Source: Eledone cirrhosa (Eukaryota). From it: a DNA stretch of 64,000 nucleotides. Positions 43,040-57,390 of the stretch are shown here, in pieces; position 1 is the stretch's first letter, and every line of letters starts with the position of its first letter. The position numbers and the translations under genes were made by a program. The stretch covers positions 7,688,001 through 7,752,000 of the forward strand of contig OZ024765.1 of assembly GCA_964016885.1 (NCBI GenBank), given 5' to 3'. The notes under the pieces were generated by a model that searched no databases, was not told the origin of the DNA, and was given only the letters and a program-made list of their open reading frames with translations.

Positions 43040-43400
43040 GGGTGGGGGGAGCAGAGTCCTGAAACACTCCGTCCAGCAGGTCATGTCAGAAGCAACTGTG
43101 TCCAACTGATCCAGCTGAATGCCCAAGTGAGACCTGCCAAGCTCATGAATGTCATCCAACCATTTTGCTCAAGGCCTACCCCTAGTTCTCCTGCCTATTG
43201 GTTTTGCCTGTAAAATCTGTCCAGCGATTCTTTCCTGAGACATTCTAACCACACGGCCATAGTATCGGAGCTGTGATTTCTCAATTCAGAGAAGTACTGG
43301 CTCTACCCGGAGTTACCATGATCTCCGAACTACACACTCTATCGAGAAACCTTATTCCGAAAGCCCTGTGCAGGATCCCCATTTCACCGATTGTATTCGC
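43040..43400 (-). pseudogene. RTE LINE 3' ORF fragment
   Basis: QLRYYGRVVRMSQERIAGQILQAKPIGRRTRGRP. Related fragment at 36480-36650. Confidence 0.7.
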
Positions 43401-44435
43401 ATCCCATTTACATAAACTCCTGCATTTTAAAGAGTGTACTGGCTGCATTTTTCATGGCACCAGCACTAGGAAAGTTGTCATATTTTTGACATTAACTGAA
43501 AAGTCCTCTTGACTCTTTGTTTGTCAGGATGCCTTTCTTAATGCCAACCACTTTACAGGGTGTACTGAGGCACCAGCACTAGAAATGTTGTCATGTCTTT
43601 GACATAACTGAGGAGTCCTCTCAGCCCTTTATTTGATATGATTTCCATGACTGGATGCCCTCCTTCTTAATGCCAACTACTTTATAGAGTGTACAAGGTG
43701 TGTTTTATCATGGCACCAGCACTAAAGAGGTTATCATAATGTGACTGAAGAATCCTATGAAATTTCCAGTTTGAGACAAGTATTCTAAATCATATTTTAA
43801 ATAGTTATTTCTATATTTAGTATAGATCGTTATCATCACCATCACCATCATCTCAAATCATCATCAGCACAACCACTACCATCACCACTACCACCATCAC
43901 CACCACCACAATCTACTACCATCACCACGACCTACTACCACCACAACCACCACCACCATCACCATCACCACCACCACCACCACCATCACCACGATCTACC
44001 ACCACCATCACCACAATCTACCTCCACCACCACCACTACCACCATCACCACCACCACCACCACCACCACCACCACTACCACCACCACCACCTTTACCATT
44101 ATCATCATCTCATGGTTTCTTTATCGTAGCTTTGTATATTGATCTATTATCGGTGAGACAACTTTTATGTGATATATTGAAATATCCATATCTTTTACCA
44201 AAAGACAAGGGTATACTGGAGCAACGTGAAATGAAGTGTTTTGCTCAAGAACACAACACACAACTGAATCCAGGTATCGAACCCACGACATTATGATCTT
44301 AAGTCCAATACCCTCACCACCAAGCCATGCACCCCCACATGAGTATATATGGAACACAGTAATAACCCTCCCCACATTCCTGTATATATACATTGTTTTT
44401 GTCATGTTGTGATATATACAGTGATGAATAAAATG

Positions 44436-45090
44436 AAAGGAGCTGATTGTCGGATCAGACCAAGGAAACTATGTTTCCATTGGTCTTTCCATTACTGATA
44501 CTATCTGTTAGTCACAACTCCTGGCAGAAGAAAGGAGCTGATCATCAGATCAGACCAAGGAAATTATGTTTCCATTGGTCTTTCCATTACTGATACTATC
44601 TGTCAGTCACAACTCCTGGCAGAAGAAAGGAGCTGATCATCAGATCAGACCAAGGAAATTATGTTTCCATTGGTCTTTCCATTACTGATACTATCTGTCA
44701 GTCACAACTCCTGGCAGAAGAAAGGAGCTGATCATCAGATCAGACCAAGGAAATTATGTTTCCATTGGTCTTTCCATTACTGATACTATCTGTCAGTCAC
44801 AACTCCTGGCAGAAGAAAGGAGCTGATCATCAGATCAGACCAAAGAAACAATGTTTCCATTGGTCTTTCCATTACTGATACTATCTGTCAGTCACAACTC
44901 CTGGCAGAAGAAAGGAGCTGATCATCAGATCAGACCAAAGAAACAATGTTTCCATTGGTCTTTCCATTACTGATACTATCTGTCAGTCACAACTCCTGGC
45001 AGTAGAAAGGAGCTGATCATCAGATCAGACCAAAGAAACAATGTTTCCATTGGTTTTTCCATTGCTGATACTATCTGTTGGTTGCAACTC
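44436..45090. repeat. 95-bp x~7 tandem repeat
   Basis: Period 95. Inverted copies at 58225-58562 (x~3.5) and 32965-33040 (x1). Confidence 0.93.
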
Positions 45091-45502
45091 CTTATTGAAA
45101 ATATACCTTGTTATATGCACTAATTTTGTCACGTTAAATATAAGGTGTAAAACTTAGATAATTTTTGTAGGTTTCAGGTAATATTGGCCTAAGATAAGCC
45201 TAACATGCACTGTTTATGTCGTGTCATTAACCCTTTAGCATTTAAACTTGCCATATCCGGTCAGAATTCTCTCACCTTTTTCTGTTCAAACTGGTCGTAA
45301 CTGACTGCTCGTACTTATGTTAAGGTATTATTCTCAAAATAGATAACATCAAAATCTCAGATTCGATATTATGTGAGATAAAGCCTTTACCACAATAATA
45401 CAATAGTAAATATAGAGTAATGTAAATACTAAAGGGTTAATGGTGATGAACACAAACCTTGTTTATACTCTGTTTTTGACTTGTAATATAGTGATGTAAA
45501 CA

Positions 45503-45571
<69 letters not shown>

Positions 45572-46484
45572 TATATTGAGAGAGAGAGAGGGGCTGTTTT
45601 TGCTATGGTAAACATTTAGTGATGGAAAAACTGTATATTGGTTGTTTTTGTCAAGATATATGCAGCAATGATAAACAAGCCCTATATATGTGTGTATCAT
45701 CATCATCATCACCGTTTTACGTCCGTTCTTCCACGCTAGCATGGGTTAGACGGGTTGTCCTGTTGTGGGCCCTCCCTAACACCAACCTCATTTACAGTGA
45801 GTGCTGGATGCTTTTTTGCCGCGGCACCTCCACGAATATATATATGTATATGTGTGTGTGTGTATATATATGTATGTATATATATATATATTTATATATA
45901 TGTATATGTATAAGTGGAATCGCCCACTAGATATTAACACTTCTAATTAACCCTATAGACACAAGTATTGAGCACATATGCATAAGCTATTGGCAACTAA
46001 ATATATGTATCGCTTATCTCTTCTCTCTCTCTCGATACTTAAATATTCTATATATATATATATAGTAGAATAATCGAGTATCGAAAAATCGGCGCATGAG
46101 TTCACGATAAACAAAATTCGAAATGAGCGGCAGAGGGCTCAATAATTCAGATAAATCAGAGCTATAACTATCGTTAAAATACCGTCACACATAGAACAAG
46201 TCTATAATCAACCATACGACCGAAAAATTGCGATCTGGAAGATTCGGGACACTCAGATAAAATATCAATAAATCAATAAATCAAATGAATGTAAAAAGCA
46301 TACCCGGACCCGCTAGAAAGATGGTAAATCTAGCTTCTTGGGTTTCTGTAAATCCTTAAACTGCCCTCTATCAGCTCACATAAAAATATATAAGACTTCT
46401 AGGAGCCAGCGGACCGGAATTTACTTCCTCAACGAGCTTTTGTCCGAACGAATGAAAAGGCATATATATATATATATATACATA

Positions 46485-46860
46485 AGTAGTAACACAACAG
46501 TTAGTTCACCATACCGAGAACAATTGTTTCACCTTATGCGAATCTTTAGATGAGTCCGAGCTGAAGATCTGCATATGGTGAGACAATTGTTCTCGGTATG
46601 GTGAACTAACTGTTGTGTTACTACTCCTACCAAACTCGTCCCATGGACTGAGTGCTCTCCCATTACTTCCAGTGTTCTACCTATATATATATATTTGAAA
46701 AAAAGGAAAAGAATGATTTCACTTGGAGTTTTAAATAATTTGATTTAATTTTATAATATTATAATATAAAATTAAATCAAATTATTTAAAACTACAAATG
46801 AAGTCATTTTCCTTTTTTTCAAATATACCTAACTCTACTAAGGTTCTCACACATTTTCCA
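46485..46860. mobile_element. two adjacent foldback insertions in (TA)n
   Basis: Arms 46485-46549/46561-46625 (hammerhead) and ~46690-46755/46765-46826 (tail with actctacta). Confidence 0.68.
46556..46596 (+). ncRNA. hammerhead ribozyme, degenerate (GAAA>GAGA); same family as 3679
   Basis: ccgag-CTGAAGA-tctgcatatggt-GAGA-caattg-TT-ctcgg. The inverted arm retains GAAA. Palindromic stem III ACAATTGT. Confidence 0.7.
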
Positions 46861-46879
46861 ATATATATATATATATATA

Positions 46880-47666
46880 CTCTTTTTGTCTTGTCATGTA
46901 AAATATTGGGTGATAATGAAAACATAAATCCAGTATATACACCCACTTTGTCATGTTAGATATACAGTTGCAATGAAAATAAAGATCCCTCTATATGCGT
47001 GGTTTGTGTCTAGTAAAATATAGTGATAACGAAAAAACAAAGTCTGTACATATTCCCATTTTTTCATGTTAAATATACGATAATTATGAAAAAAAAGCCC
47101 TGTATATGCATTGTTTTTACTAAGTTAAATAATATTCAGTGATTTTGATTTTTAAAAAAGCCCTGCTTATATGCTATTTTTACTAAGTTATATTCAGTGA
47201 TCTATGCTGTTTTTGCTAAGTTAAATATTTAGTGATCTTGAAAAAATAAAGCCCTGTATATGCGCTGTTTTTGATAAGTTTATATTCAGTGATATTGAAA
47301 AAAAACTGTATATATACCCATTGTTTCATGTTAAATATATAGTAATGATAAAAAAACAAAAAAATGGTCTGAATATATAGAGTTTTTGCTAAGTTAAATA
47401 TTTAGTGATCTTGAAAAAAGCCTATTTTTTTCATATTAAATATACAGTAAGGATGGAAAAAAGCCCTATATATATATATACAGTTTTTGCTAAATTAAAT
47501 AGTAAGTGATGATGAAAAAAACCTGTATATACCAATTTTTTCATGTTAAATATACAATAATTATGATGAAAAAATAAAGCCCTGTATATGCGCTGTTTTT
47601 GTCATGTTGTTATAAAATATACAGTGATGAAAAAAAACAAACCCTGTGTATGCGCTATTTTTCCAG
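46880..47666. repeat. degenerate ~55-60-bp tandem array ending at the exon acceptor
   Basis: Approximate unit aaaaagccctgtatatgcgctgtttttgtcatgttaaatatacagtgatga. Confidence 0.75.
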
Positions 47667-47846
47667 AATCCTGGTCAAAGTGTAGCTGCGGCAACGGCTG
47701 CTACTGCTGCGACGGCCCCTGGGTACGTGTTTGCTGCCATCCCACACTCACCAGATCTGATGTATGCCCAGCCACCTCCCCAACCTACGTTCCAGCACAC
47801 CGACATCACTGAAGCTACAACTATGCTTGAGGCGCCTCCTATCGAG
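47667..47846 (+). CDS. boule: boule exon, NPGQSVAAATAA...SPDLMYAQPPPQP...TTMLEAPPIE
   Basis: Acceptor tttttccag, donor gtaatt, 180 nt, phase 0-0. GC-rich coding-like island in an AT-rich intron. Confidence 0.87.
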
Positions 47847-47992
47847 GTAATTCGCAGTCCTTTTACCATGTGATCCTTGTAATAAACTCCACCACTTCTA
47901 CACATTACACAACACACATATATATGTACAGGTTATATATATTCATATACATACATACATATATATTTATATATTATATATATATATATATA

Positions 47993-48403
47993 TATAGAGA
48001 AAATTGAGGTTGGTAATGGCACATGGAATATATAAGAGACAGAATACTTTTTTGTGAAAAAACATAATTTTATAAGGTAAGGAAATAATAAAGGGTATAA
48101 AAAATGACCGGTTTCGATGGGTCTGCAAAAGCCATCTTTTCAAATGTTGATTAATATTAAGAAAAATTAATAATACGAAGAGTTAAAATTTGAGATTTTA
48201 ATTTTTCTTAATATTAATCAACATTTGAAAAGATGGCTTTTGCAGACCCATCGAAACCGGTCATTTTTTATACCCTTTATTATTTCCTTACCTTATAAAA
48301 TTATGTTTTTTCACAAAAAAGTATTCTGTCTCTTATATATTCCATGTGCCATTACCAACCTCAATTTTCTCTATAACCTTCGTTTTGTGTAGAAAATTAC
48401 ACT

Positions 48404-48408
<5 letters not shown>
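47993..48408. mobile_element. recent foldback insertion with perfect 178-bp arms
   Basis: Arms 47993-48170 and 48198-48375, short tail, TA tracts on both sides. Confidence 0.8.
48220..48267 (+). ncRNA. hammerhead ribozyme variant with U3-A8 core (identical copy at 48101-48148, - strand)
   Basis: aacat-TTGAAAA-gatgg..ccatc-GAAA-ccgg-TC-atttt. 5-bp stem II, palindromic stem III ACCGGT, GUC triplet. Confidence 0.68.
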
Positions 48409-48440
<32 letters not shown>

Positions 48441-48443
48441 GTA

Positions 48444-48517
<74 letters not shown>

Positions 48518-49324
48518 CACAAATATATATACACATGTATATATATATATGCACACAAACACACACAGATACATACAGACATGTGCATATATGTGTATGC
48601 ACATATGCATATATATACACATACAAATAAATATATATATATTATATTTATATATCCATGCATATATACACACACACACCCACACATAAATATATGTATA
48701 TACGTGTGTGTATATATATATATACATATATATACATATATACATATATATATACATGTATTCACGCACATATATATTTATATATACACACATTATATAT
48801 ATATACATGTATATATTTAGCTAAGCTGACATGGCCTTGCTTGTTGGCTTTGCTTACTATTTTTTACTTTATTTTAAAACATTAAAACATTGCTCATTGA
48901 GACACAAACACGCACACACGCACACGCACACACACGCACACACACACACACACATATGGCCTTTAATGAAAGCTAGATCTTAAATGAAGCATTTGACACT
49001 GTTGAAGTGTTGATAAAAAAACATTTATAAGCTTTATTCTGTTTTAAATATACTTGTGCTGGTAGAGTTATTATAATGAAGATAATTTTAATAACAATGA
49101 GGGTTTCTAAATTTGGCACATGACCCCCCTGAAAAGAAATTGCTGGCCTTGTGCCAAAATTAGAAATCTATAATGATAATAATTTCTTTATTGGTCACAA
49201 GGGCCTACATATAAGGGACATTTATGATAATAATAATAACAGTAATAATAATGAGAATATAACGGTTTCTAAATTTGGCAGAAGGACCTCCAAAATTGCT
49301 GACCTTGTTCCAAAATTAGAAACC

Positions 49325-49358
<34 letters not shown>

Positions 49359-51188
49359 GTTTCTGATTTAGGCACAATGATAATAATCTTTATAATAATT
49401 CTTTATTAGCCACACATTAACAGGACAATAAGGAGAGTACAGTGGGCTTTTTTTTGTATGTGTGTAAAATAGAAATAAGAACTTTCCCCAATAGTGGGGA
49501 GACTTCTGAGGATTACTTGTGGAGAAAGCCCACACAAGCCACAGTCATCCTGACTGCCAGGGCAAGTGCCCTCTCCCAGGTGTCCCCCCTCAGTTTACAG
49601 GCACAGCACACACTGAGAGCTGACCCATTCACTCTGGCCATTCTCATCTCTTTCACTCACCTTTCAACAAATAGTAGGAATATTATACCAATAATAATAA
49701 TAATAGTAATGATAATGATGATAGGTGTAGTGATAAGATCAACCATGACAGTTTCAAAATATACCTGTTTCCCAAAATAAAGGGTGGTGGTTGTGGTGGT
49801 AGTGAAAGAAATCCTGCTTTGAAAAGAGGGTTACTTGTAAAATGTTATTTAACCCTTTTGATACCAAACCATTTAAAACTCTTCCTGATCCTGCAATATA
49901 AAACTGTTTATTTTAAAGTGTTTACATTTATCTAAAAACCTTCCATCATAATTTTATGTAAAAAACCTTTATCTTCCAAACCTCAGCATAATAATGAGAA
50001 AGTTATATTACTAAATCCCTTGAAATTTTCTTTATTTTCCAAATAATTTAAAAACCGTATGTGGTATCTTTCATTAAAAATATTGTAACAAAAGAGTTAA
50101 AATATTTATATTTATCTAAAAATCTTCCATCATAATTTGTTATGTTCCAAACATTATCTTAATAATGAGAAAGTTAGTTATATTAATAAATCCTTCCAAA
50201 TTGTTGATTAATTTCAAAGTAATTTGAAAACCAAAGACTGTCATTCATTAGAAATAAATTGTTTATATTTATCTAAGAAACTGCCATCCAAATTTTATGT
50301 GCGAACCTTTGTTAAGTTATGTTCAAAACACTGGTTTAATAATGAGAAAATTAGAAATATGGTAACAAAAGGGTTAAAGTGGTTATATTTATCAAATCCA
50401 TCATAATTTTTAATTATGATCCAAACACCAACTGAATGAGTAAGTTATAGTGCTAATTCTCTTGAAATTTTTGATTATTTTCAAAATTATTTGAAAAGCC
50501 ATAGGTTAATGTCTTTCATTAGAAATATGGTAACGAAACGGTTAAACCATTCCTTTAGGATTAAGGGTTATCACTATTAATTTAAACTAGATCCCAGTTA
50601 AATTATCCTTTCTCTCTTTCTTAATAATTTAAAGACCAGTAAATCAGTAGTAAGGGTGTTGGACTTGTGATCACAATGTTGTGGGTTCCATTTCTGGACT
50701 GGGGTGTTTTTTGTGTTCTTGAGCTAAACACTTCATTTCACATTGTTCCAGTATACTCAGCTGAAAACGAGAACCAGTAATAGCTGGGGAGTTTAACCCT
50801 GCGATGGACTGGTGTCCTGCCCTGAGGGGAGTCTTGTACTCTCAGTCACTTCATGCCACAGAAACCAGGATAAGCCCTGGCCTGATGAGTCTCTGGGCTG
50901 AAGACAGGATTTAGACTTAGAATCAAGGTACATGGCTAAGTGGTTAGTGTGTTGGACTTACAATCATGAGGGTTTGGATTCGATTTCTGGATTGGGTGGC
51001 ATGTTGTTCCAGTCTACTCAGTTGAACAGAAAAAATGAGTACCAGCAATATTTGGGGGTTAATTCTGTGACATTAAATATGGGGAGGGGGTGTACATAAT
51101 TCATAATATCATTTTCTCATTTTGATAACCATAATAAAAATTTTCCTATTTCAATGTCATATTATTATGTGTTTATAAATGTATATAT

Positions 51189-51220
<32 letters not shown>

Positions 51221-51259
51221 GTGTATATATATATATATATATAATATATATATATATAA

Positions 51260-51332
<73 letters not shown>

Positions 51333-54300
51333 TACATATATATATACATATACATATATATATATATACATATATATATATACATATATATATATATGGT
51401 GAAATACCAAACATAGAATCCCTCATTGATAGCCGAACCCAAATATTAGCATTGAGTGCTTACTCAAATGTGTGTGTGTATGTATATATATATGTATACA
51501 TATATGCATACATACATATATATTTATATATATATGTGTGAGTCCAGGGTTCAATCGGGGTTAACCATAGTAAGTAAGGTACTCAATACATTAGTAGAGT
51601 ATATATATATATATTTGCAAGTATGTATGTATAATTTGGTAAATATTGTAGATACTAAATCATAACAGAAACTACAATTCTTTTACATACTTTAATCTTC
51701 TGGACGCTCTAGGCGCATTATGTCGCCGATAGAATAATCTCCCCTTAATACAGTGTCAAAGGGAAGCAATTCATTAAAAAATTCAGCGTGCTAAAAGTTA
51801 AAATATAATGGTTATTTATTTTTGTTTTGTATAGAAATGTATTTTTTTAAAAATAAAAAAAAAAGTAAAAAAAGAACCCCCTCCACCTTATTAAGCCTTT
51901 TGATACCAAACTGCCTTAAACCACCCATCATTCTACGGTAGAAGAATTGGTTGTTTTTAAAGTTTTCAAATATTTATAAAACGTTATAATTTTATGTAAG
52001 AAGCTTTGTTAACCATTCAGCATTTAAACCAGACATATCCGGCCAGAACTCGCTCACCTCTTTCTGTTCAAACCGGCTGTAACCAGCTGCTCATACTGGC
52101 GTTAAGGTATTGATCTCAAAATAAATAATATCAAAATCTCATAGATTCAATATTAAGTGAGATATTTTGTAAGATAAAGACTTTAAAAAAAAATGCAATA
52201 GTATATATAAAGTAGTGCAAATGCTAAAGGGTTAAGTTGTTTGAAAGTTAGTTATATTACTAAATGCCTTCAGATTCTGGATTATTTTCAAAATTATTTG
52301 AAAAACCATGGTTATGAAATGGCCAAAGTGTATATAAAAGTTTTAAAATGCTTATATTTATCTGAAAGCTTCCCATCATTACTTTTATGTAAGAACCTTT
52401 GTTAAGTTATGTTCCAAACACCAGTTATATTATTAAATCTCAACAAATTCCTGATCATTTAAAAAATTATTTGAAGATATTAGGCTGCTTATTATTAGAA
52501 ATATGGTAATGAAGTGTTTAAAGAGCTTTTTCTTTAAAAAAATATATATTTGGTTTGCATGTTGAAGCTTGTCTATATAAATTTGTCTATGAATAGAGAA
52601 AGTTTTGTTGTGTTGCCTCTGTGAATACACATATGTGTATATATCAGAATTGTGTATATATCAGTCAACAGTGTATAAATGTGTTAGTATATAAGCTTTG
52701 TATGTGTTAGTATATAAGCTTTGATTGTGTATGTGGATAGCCCTCCACCATACTTTTTAACTGTATCAAAATACAAAACCTTCAGAAACCACCCCTGCTT
52801 CTATGATACACAAAACTGGTTATATTAAATATAAGTGTTTAAAGTTATCTAAAAACCTTCCACCATAATTTTATTTCAGAATCTTTGTTAAGCTATGTTC
52901 CAAACACCAGCTAATGTTACCTTTCAAGTTCTTGTTTAATTTCAAAATTATTTGAAAATCATGAGAAGTGTCTTTCATTAGAAATATGCCAATGAAAGGG
53001 TTAAAGTGTTTCCTTTATTAAGTTATGTTCCAAACACCAGTTTAATAATGAGAAAGTTAGTTACATTACTAAATCCTTTCAAATTCTTGATAACTTAAAA
53101 GATCCTTTGAAAATCATAGGTAGTGTCTTTCATTAGAAATTTGGTATCAAAGGGGTTAAAGACAGACGATGATCTTTCATTAGAAATATGGTAATGAAAG
53201 GGTTAAAGACATAGACAGTGTCTTTCATTAGAAATATAGTAATGAAAGGGTTAAAGACATAGACAGTGTCTTTCATTAGAAATATGGTAATGAAAGGGTT
53301 AAAGACATAGACAGTGTCTTTCATTAGAAATATGGTAATGAAAGGGTTAAAGACATAGACAGTGTCTTTCATTAGAAATACGGTAATGAAAGGGTTAATG
53401 ACATAGACAGTGTCTTTCATTAGAAATATGGTAATGAAAGGGTTAAAGACATAGACAGTGTCTTTCATTAGAAATATGATAATAAAAGGTTTAACTTTAG
53501 TTAAGTTTGCTCCTCTTTGCTATAGCCTGGAAAGGGATGAAGTTCTGTTGTCAAGTTGAGAGTTACCTTGGAAAGATAGAGAGACATATAAGCAGTGCCC
53601 ACAACCTAGTGGTAAATGAGTACATGAAGATGATAAACTTTCAGTTTGAATCAACTGATCAGGGAACTCACCACCAGTACCACTACCACCACCTCATCTC
53701 CACCATCAATACAATCACCTCACCACCACCATCATCATCATCTTATTAAACACTAATTACATCTTTAAATCAATGACTACCCAAAAATTATTCCATCTTT
53801 TTAAATATAACTTCTAAATGTTAGCTAGATCAAGCTCTTAAACTATTTTTTTTTTTTGAAATAATTAAAATCTAATTTGATTTTATCAGAAAATAAAATT
53901 ATGAAACCTACTTTATATAGATTTGAAAATATCTTAATTAAAATATACAAGTTTTTATCTAGACTTAAAGTTATGATTAAAATGTTTCTTTATCTGTCTG
54001 GCTTCATATAAATTATCTATGCTATGTATCTTCCTCTTCCTCTCCTTTCTTTGATGCAAACACAATGGCCATATGAACAGCTTCCACCTCTCCACACAGC
54101 TCTTTGTATTTTCACTGAAATCTAAAATTTGTTTGGAGCTGTGCATGATTTGGGGGTAGCAGAGATTAGGCAGGACAGTGAGGGCTCACGGCTTTATAGT
54201 GTGTGGTTTTCTTCGCTGTGGTAGCTTGTGGCTGCCTGATCTCACTCATGTGGCCTTCATCTAACCACCAGGTATTTTGACCTGCATGAGTTGGGGTAAC

Positions 54301-54639
54301 AGAGAGCATATAAGGTAGTGTGGTTTGCTTCTCCATGGTAACAGCTGGTTAACTGATCCTAGTCTCTCCAATAGCTCCCTATTTATACACAAACCAATTT
54401 TCAGCAGGACTAAAAGACTGGATACATTTTGATGATGATATATTCACTAAGTGAAGGTATGTGACCTTGTGATAATTATGTTGGATTTAGGATCATAACA
54501 TCATGGGTTTGATTCCTGGACTGGGTTGTGTGTTGTCTTGAGCAAAAACACAATGCACATTGTTCTAGTAAACTCAGTTGAAAAGGAGTTCCAGCATTAA
54601 CTGGGGGTTTAACACTGCGATGGACTGGTGTCCTGTCGA

Positions 54640-55045
54640 GTGGGTAGTCCTGTACTCTCAGTCACTTAATGCTATTGAAACTGGTCTGGTGAGCCTCAGA
54701 GTTTGAAACAGATCTTGTTAAGTGGGGAGTCTTGTACTCTCAGTCACTTAATGCTATTGAAACTGGCCTGGTGAGCCTCAGAGTTTGAAACAGATATCTT
54801 GTTCAGTGGGGAGTCTTGTACTCTCAGCCACTTAATGCTATTGAAACTGGCCTGGTGAGCCTCAGAGTTTGAAACAGATATCTTGTTCAGTGGGGAGTCT
54901 TGTACTCTCAGCCACTTAATGCTATTGAAACTGGCCTGGTGAGCCTCAGAGTTTGAAACAGATATCTTGTTAAGTGGGGAGTCTTGTACTCTCAGCCACT
55001 TAATGCTATTGAAACTGGCCTGGTGAGCCTCAGAGTTTGAGACAG
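54640..55045. repeat. 84-bp x~5 tandem repeat from the 3' part of a SINE
   Basis: Follows the SINE head at 54455. Unit matches SINE body 50825-50910. Confidence 0.9.
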
Positions 55046-55271
55046 ACTTTAGATATTCACTGACTGCTGAAGCTGTGTGGATGGATGGATCAATGGCCAC
55101 AATCGAGAACAGTTTATCGATCTATTCCAATGATACGGAAGAAAGGAATCTTAATTAAATTATCAATCATACACATGTAACAACATCCAATTCCACTTCA
55201 TCTCATTAAAAAAACACAAAAAACAATAACAAAAAAAACTAAAACTTTTTTATCATAAATAAAGAGCAGTA

Positions 55272-55351
<80 letters not shown>

Positions 55352-55400
55352 ATGGTGGTGCTCCAGTGTGGCCATGGCCCATAGGCTGGAACAGAAGTAT

Positions 55401-55476
<76 letters not shown>

Positions 55477-55545
55477 ATATATATATATATATATATAACC
55501 ATTAATATATGTGTATATATATGTATGTATATACATGTATATATA

Positions 55546-55645
<100 letters not shown>

Positions 55646-55951
55646 CATACATACATCTAGTATATATACACACATATGTATACACACACATGTATATATA
55701 CTTATGTACAGTACAATTGCTTTGTAGAAATACTAAGAATTAAAGATATTCCATAATTTCAAATACTGTTTTTTTTTTTTTATTTCATTTACTCCATCAT
55801 TAAATCTCTAAATCTTATTGTACGCCTCAGCGTTACCTTTCGAATGGCCCCTAATTCAATCTCACCGATTGCTACCTTGGGTAAATGTCATTTACCATAG
55901 CTATGACACGACACAAGGTCCATCAGTGAAATAGATAGGCAGAATCCGTTT

Positions 55952-56301
55952 GAAAGCCCATCAGATGGGCTGTACCTGTAATTCAAAGGGCCAGCCATGT
56001 CGAAAGCCCGTCAGATGGGCTGTACCTGTAATTCAAAGGGCCAGCCTTGTCGAAAGCCCGTCAGATGGGCTGTACCTGTAATTCAAAGGGCCAGCCTTGT
56101 CGAAAGCCCGTCAGATGGGCTGTACCTGTAATTCAAAGGGCCAGCCTTGTCGAAAGCCCGTCAGATGGGCTGTACCTGTAATTCAAAGGGCCAGCCTTGT
56201 CGAAAGCCCGTCAGATGGGCTGTACCTGTAATTCAAAGGGCCAGCCTTGTCGAAAGCCCGTCAGATGGGCTGTACCTGTAATTCAAAGGGCCAGCCTTGT
56301 C
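55952..56301. repeat. 50-bp x7 tandem repeat with internal hairpin
   Basis: Unit gaaagcccgtcagatgggctgtacctgtaattcaaagggccagccttgtc. Confidence 0.95.
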
Positions 56302-56979
56302 ACACACTATGTCATGCAGAATCTCCCTGAAACATTTATCAAGGGTACATATGTCTGTGGAATGCTCAGGCACTTACCATATAATACAATATGGACTGTA
56401 CCTGTAATTTAAAGGGCCGTTCTTGCCACAAACTGTGTTAGAAATAATTACGAGAGCAATGGATTTGCATTGGAGGACAAATGCTTCACCACATTTTTGT
56501 TCTGGCCCTTCATGTTCTGAGTTGAAATACGGCAACAAACATCATCATCACATCATCAATGTTTTACGTCCATTCTTCAATGCTAGCATGGGTTAGACCG
56601 GTTATCCTGCTGTGCGCAGTGTCCAGTCGGCTGATCTTGTTTTGCTCATATGGGAACTGATTCTGGCTTGATTTCTACAGCTGGATGCCCTTCCTAACAA
56701 CAACCTCATTTACAGTGAGTACTGGGTGCTTTTTTGCCGTGGCACCTCCACGACCACTTTGATGTGGGAGTGGGTGGGGGCATATTGTCTATATGCTTCA
56801 ACTTTATTAACGGAATAATTAATTTTCTCAAAATTATTGGAAATTATAGCCGTGTCTTTCATCTTTCATTAGAAATATAGTTGAGAATGGGTTAATATCA
56901 ACAAATTCTACTGGACACTGATGAAAATGTGTTTTGCTGTAATATAGTCCCATTTGCTTCCCCATTTATTAGCCAGCTG

Positions 56980-57390
56980 TCATCATCATCATCATTATAT
57001 TGTTTTTACGTCTGTTTTTCCATATTCACATGGGTTGGACGGGTCCTTTTCAGTGCAGCATCTCTCCACTCACCACGTTCCTTCATCATCTCCTCTGTGA
57101 GTCTCAGCAATTTGAGATTAGCTCTCACCACCTCTGCCCAGGTCTTTCTTGGTTTACCTCTACTGCAGCTTCCTTCCACTGGGATTTCTTGACACTTCTT
57201 CACCCAGCAATCATCATCTCATTGTGTTCCTTCATCATCTCTGTGAATCTCAGCAATTTGAGATCAGTTCTCACCACCTCTGCCCAGGTTTTACTTGGTC
57301 TACCTCTACTGCATCTTCCTATCACTGGGATTTCCTGCGATCATCATCCGTGTGCAACACATATCCATACCAACGCAGTCTTCTCTCTTT
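56980..57390 (-). pseudogene. RTE LINE 3' terminus with internal duplication and (GAT)n tail
   Basis: EIPVEGSCSRGKPRKTWAEVVRANLK..ERGEWR. The 3' tail is shared with local SINEs. Confidence 0.8.

Noticed and set aside
50860-50910. gaaac...CTGATGA-gtct..agac as a hammerhead
   Set aside because: No GAAA after stem II and no NUH in register; part of a SINE 3' region, also at 41480-41525 (-).
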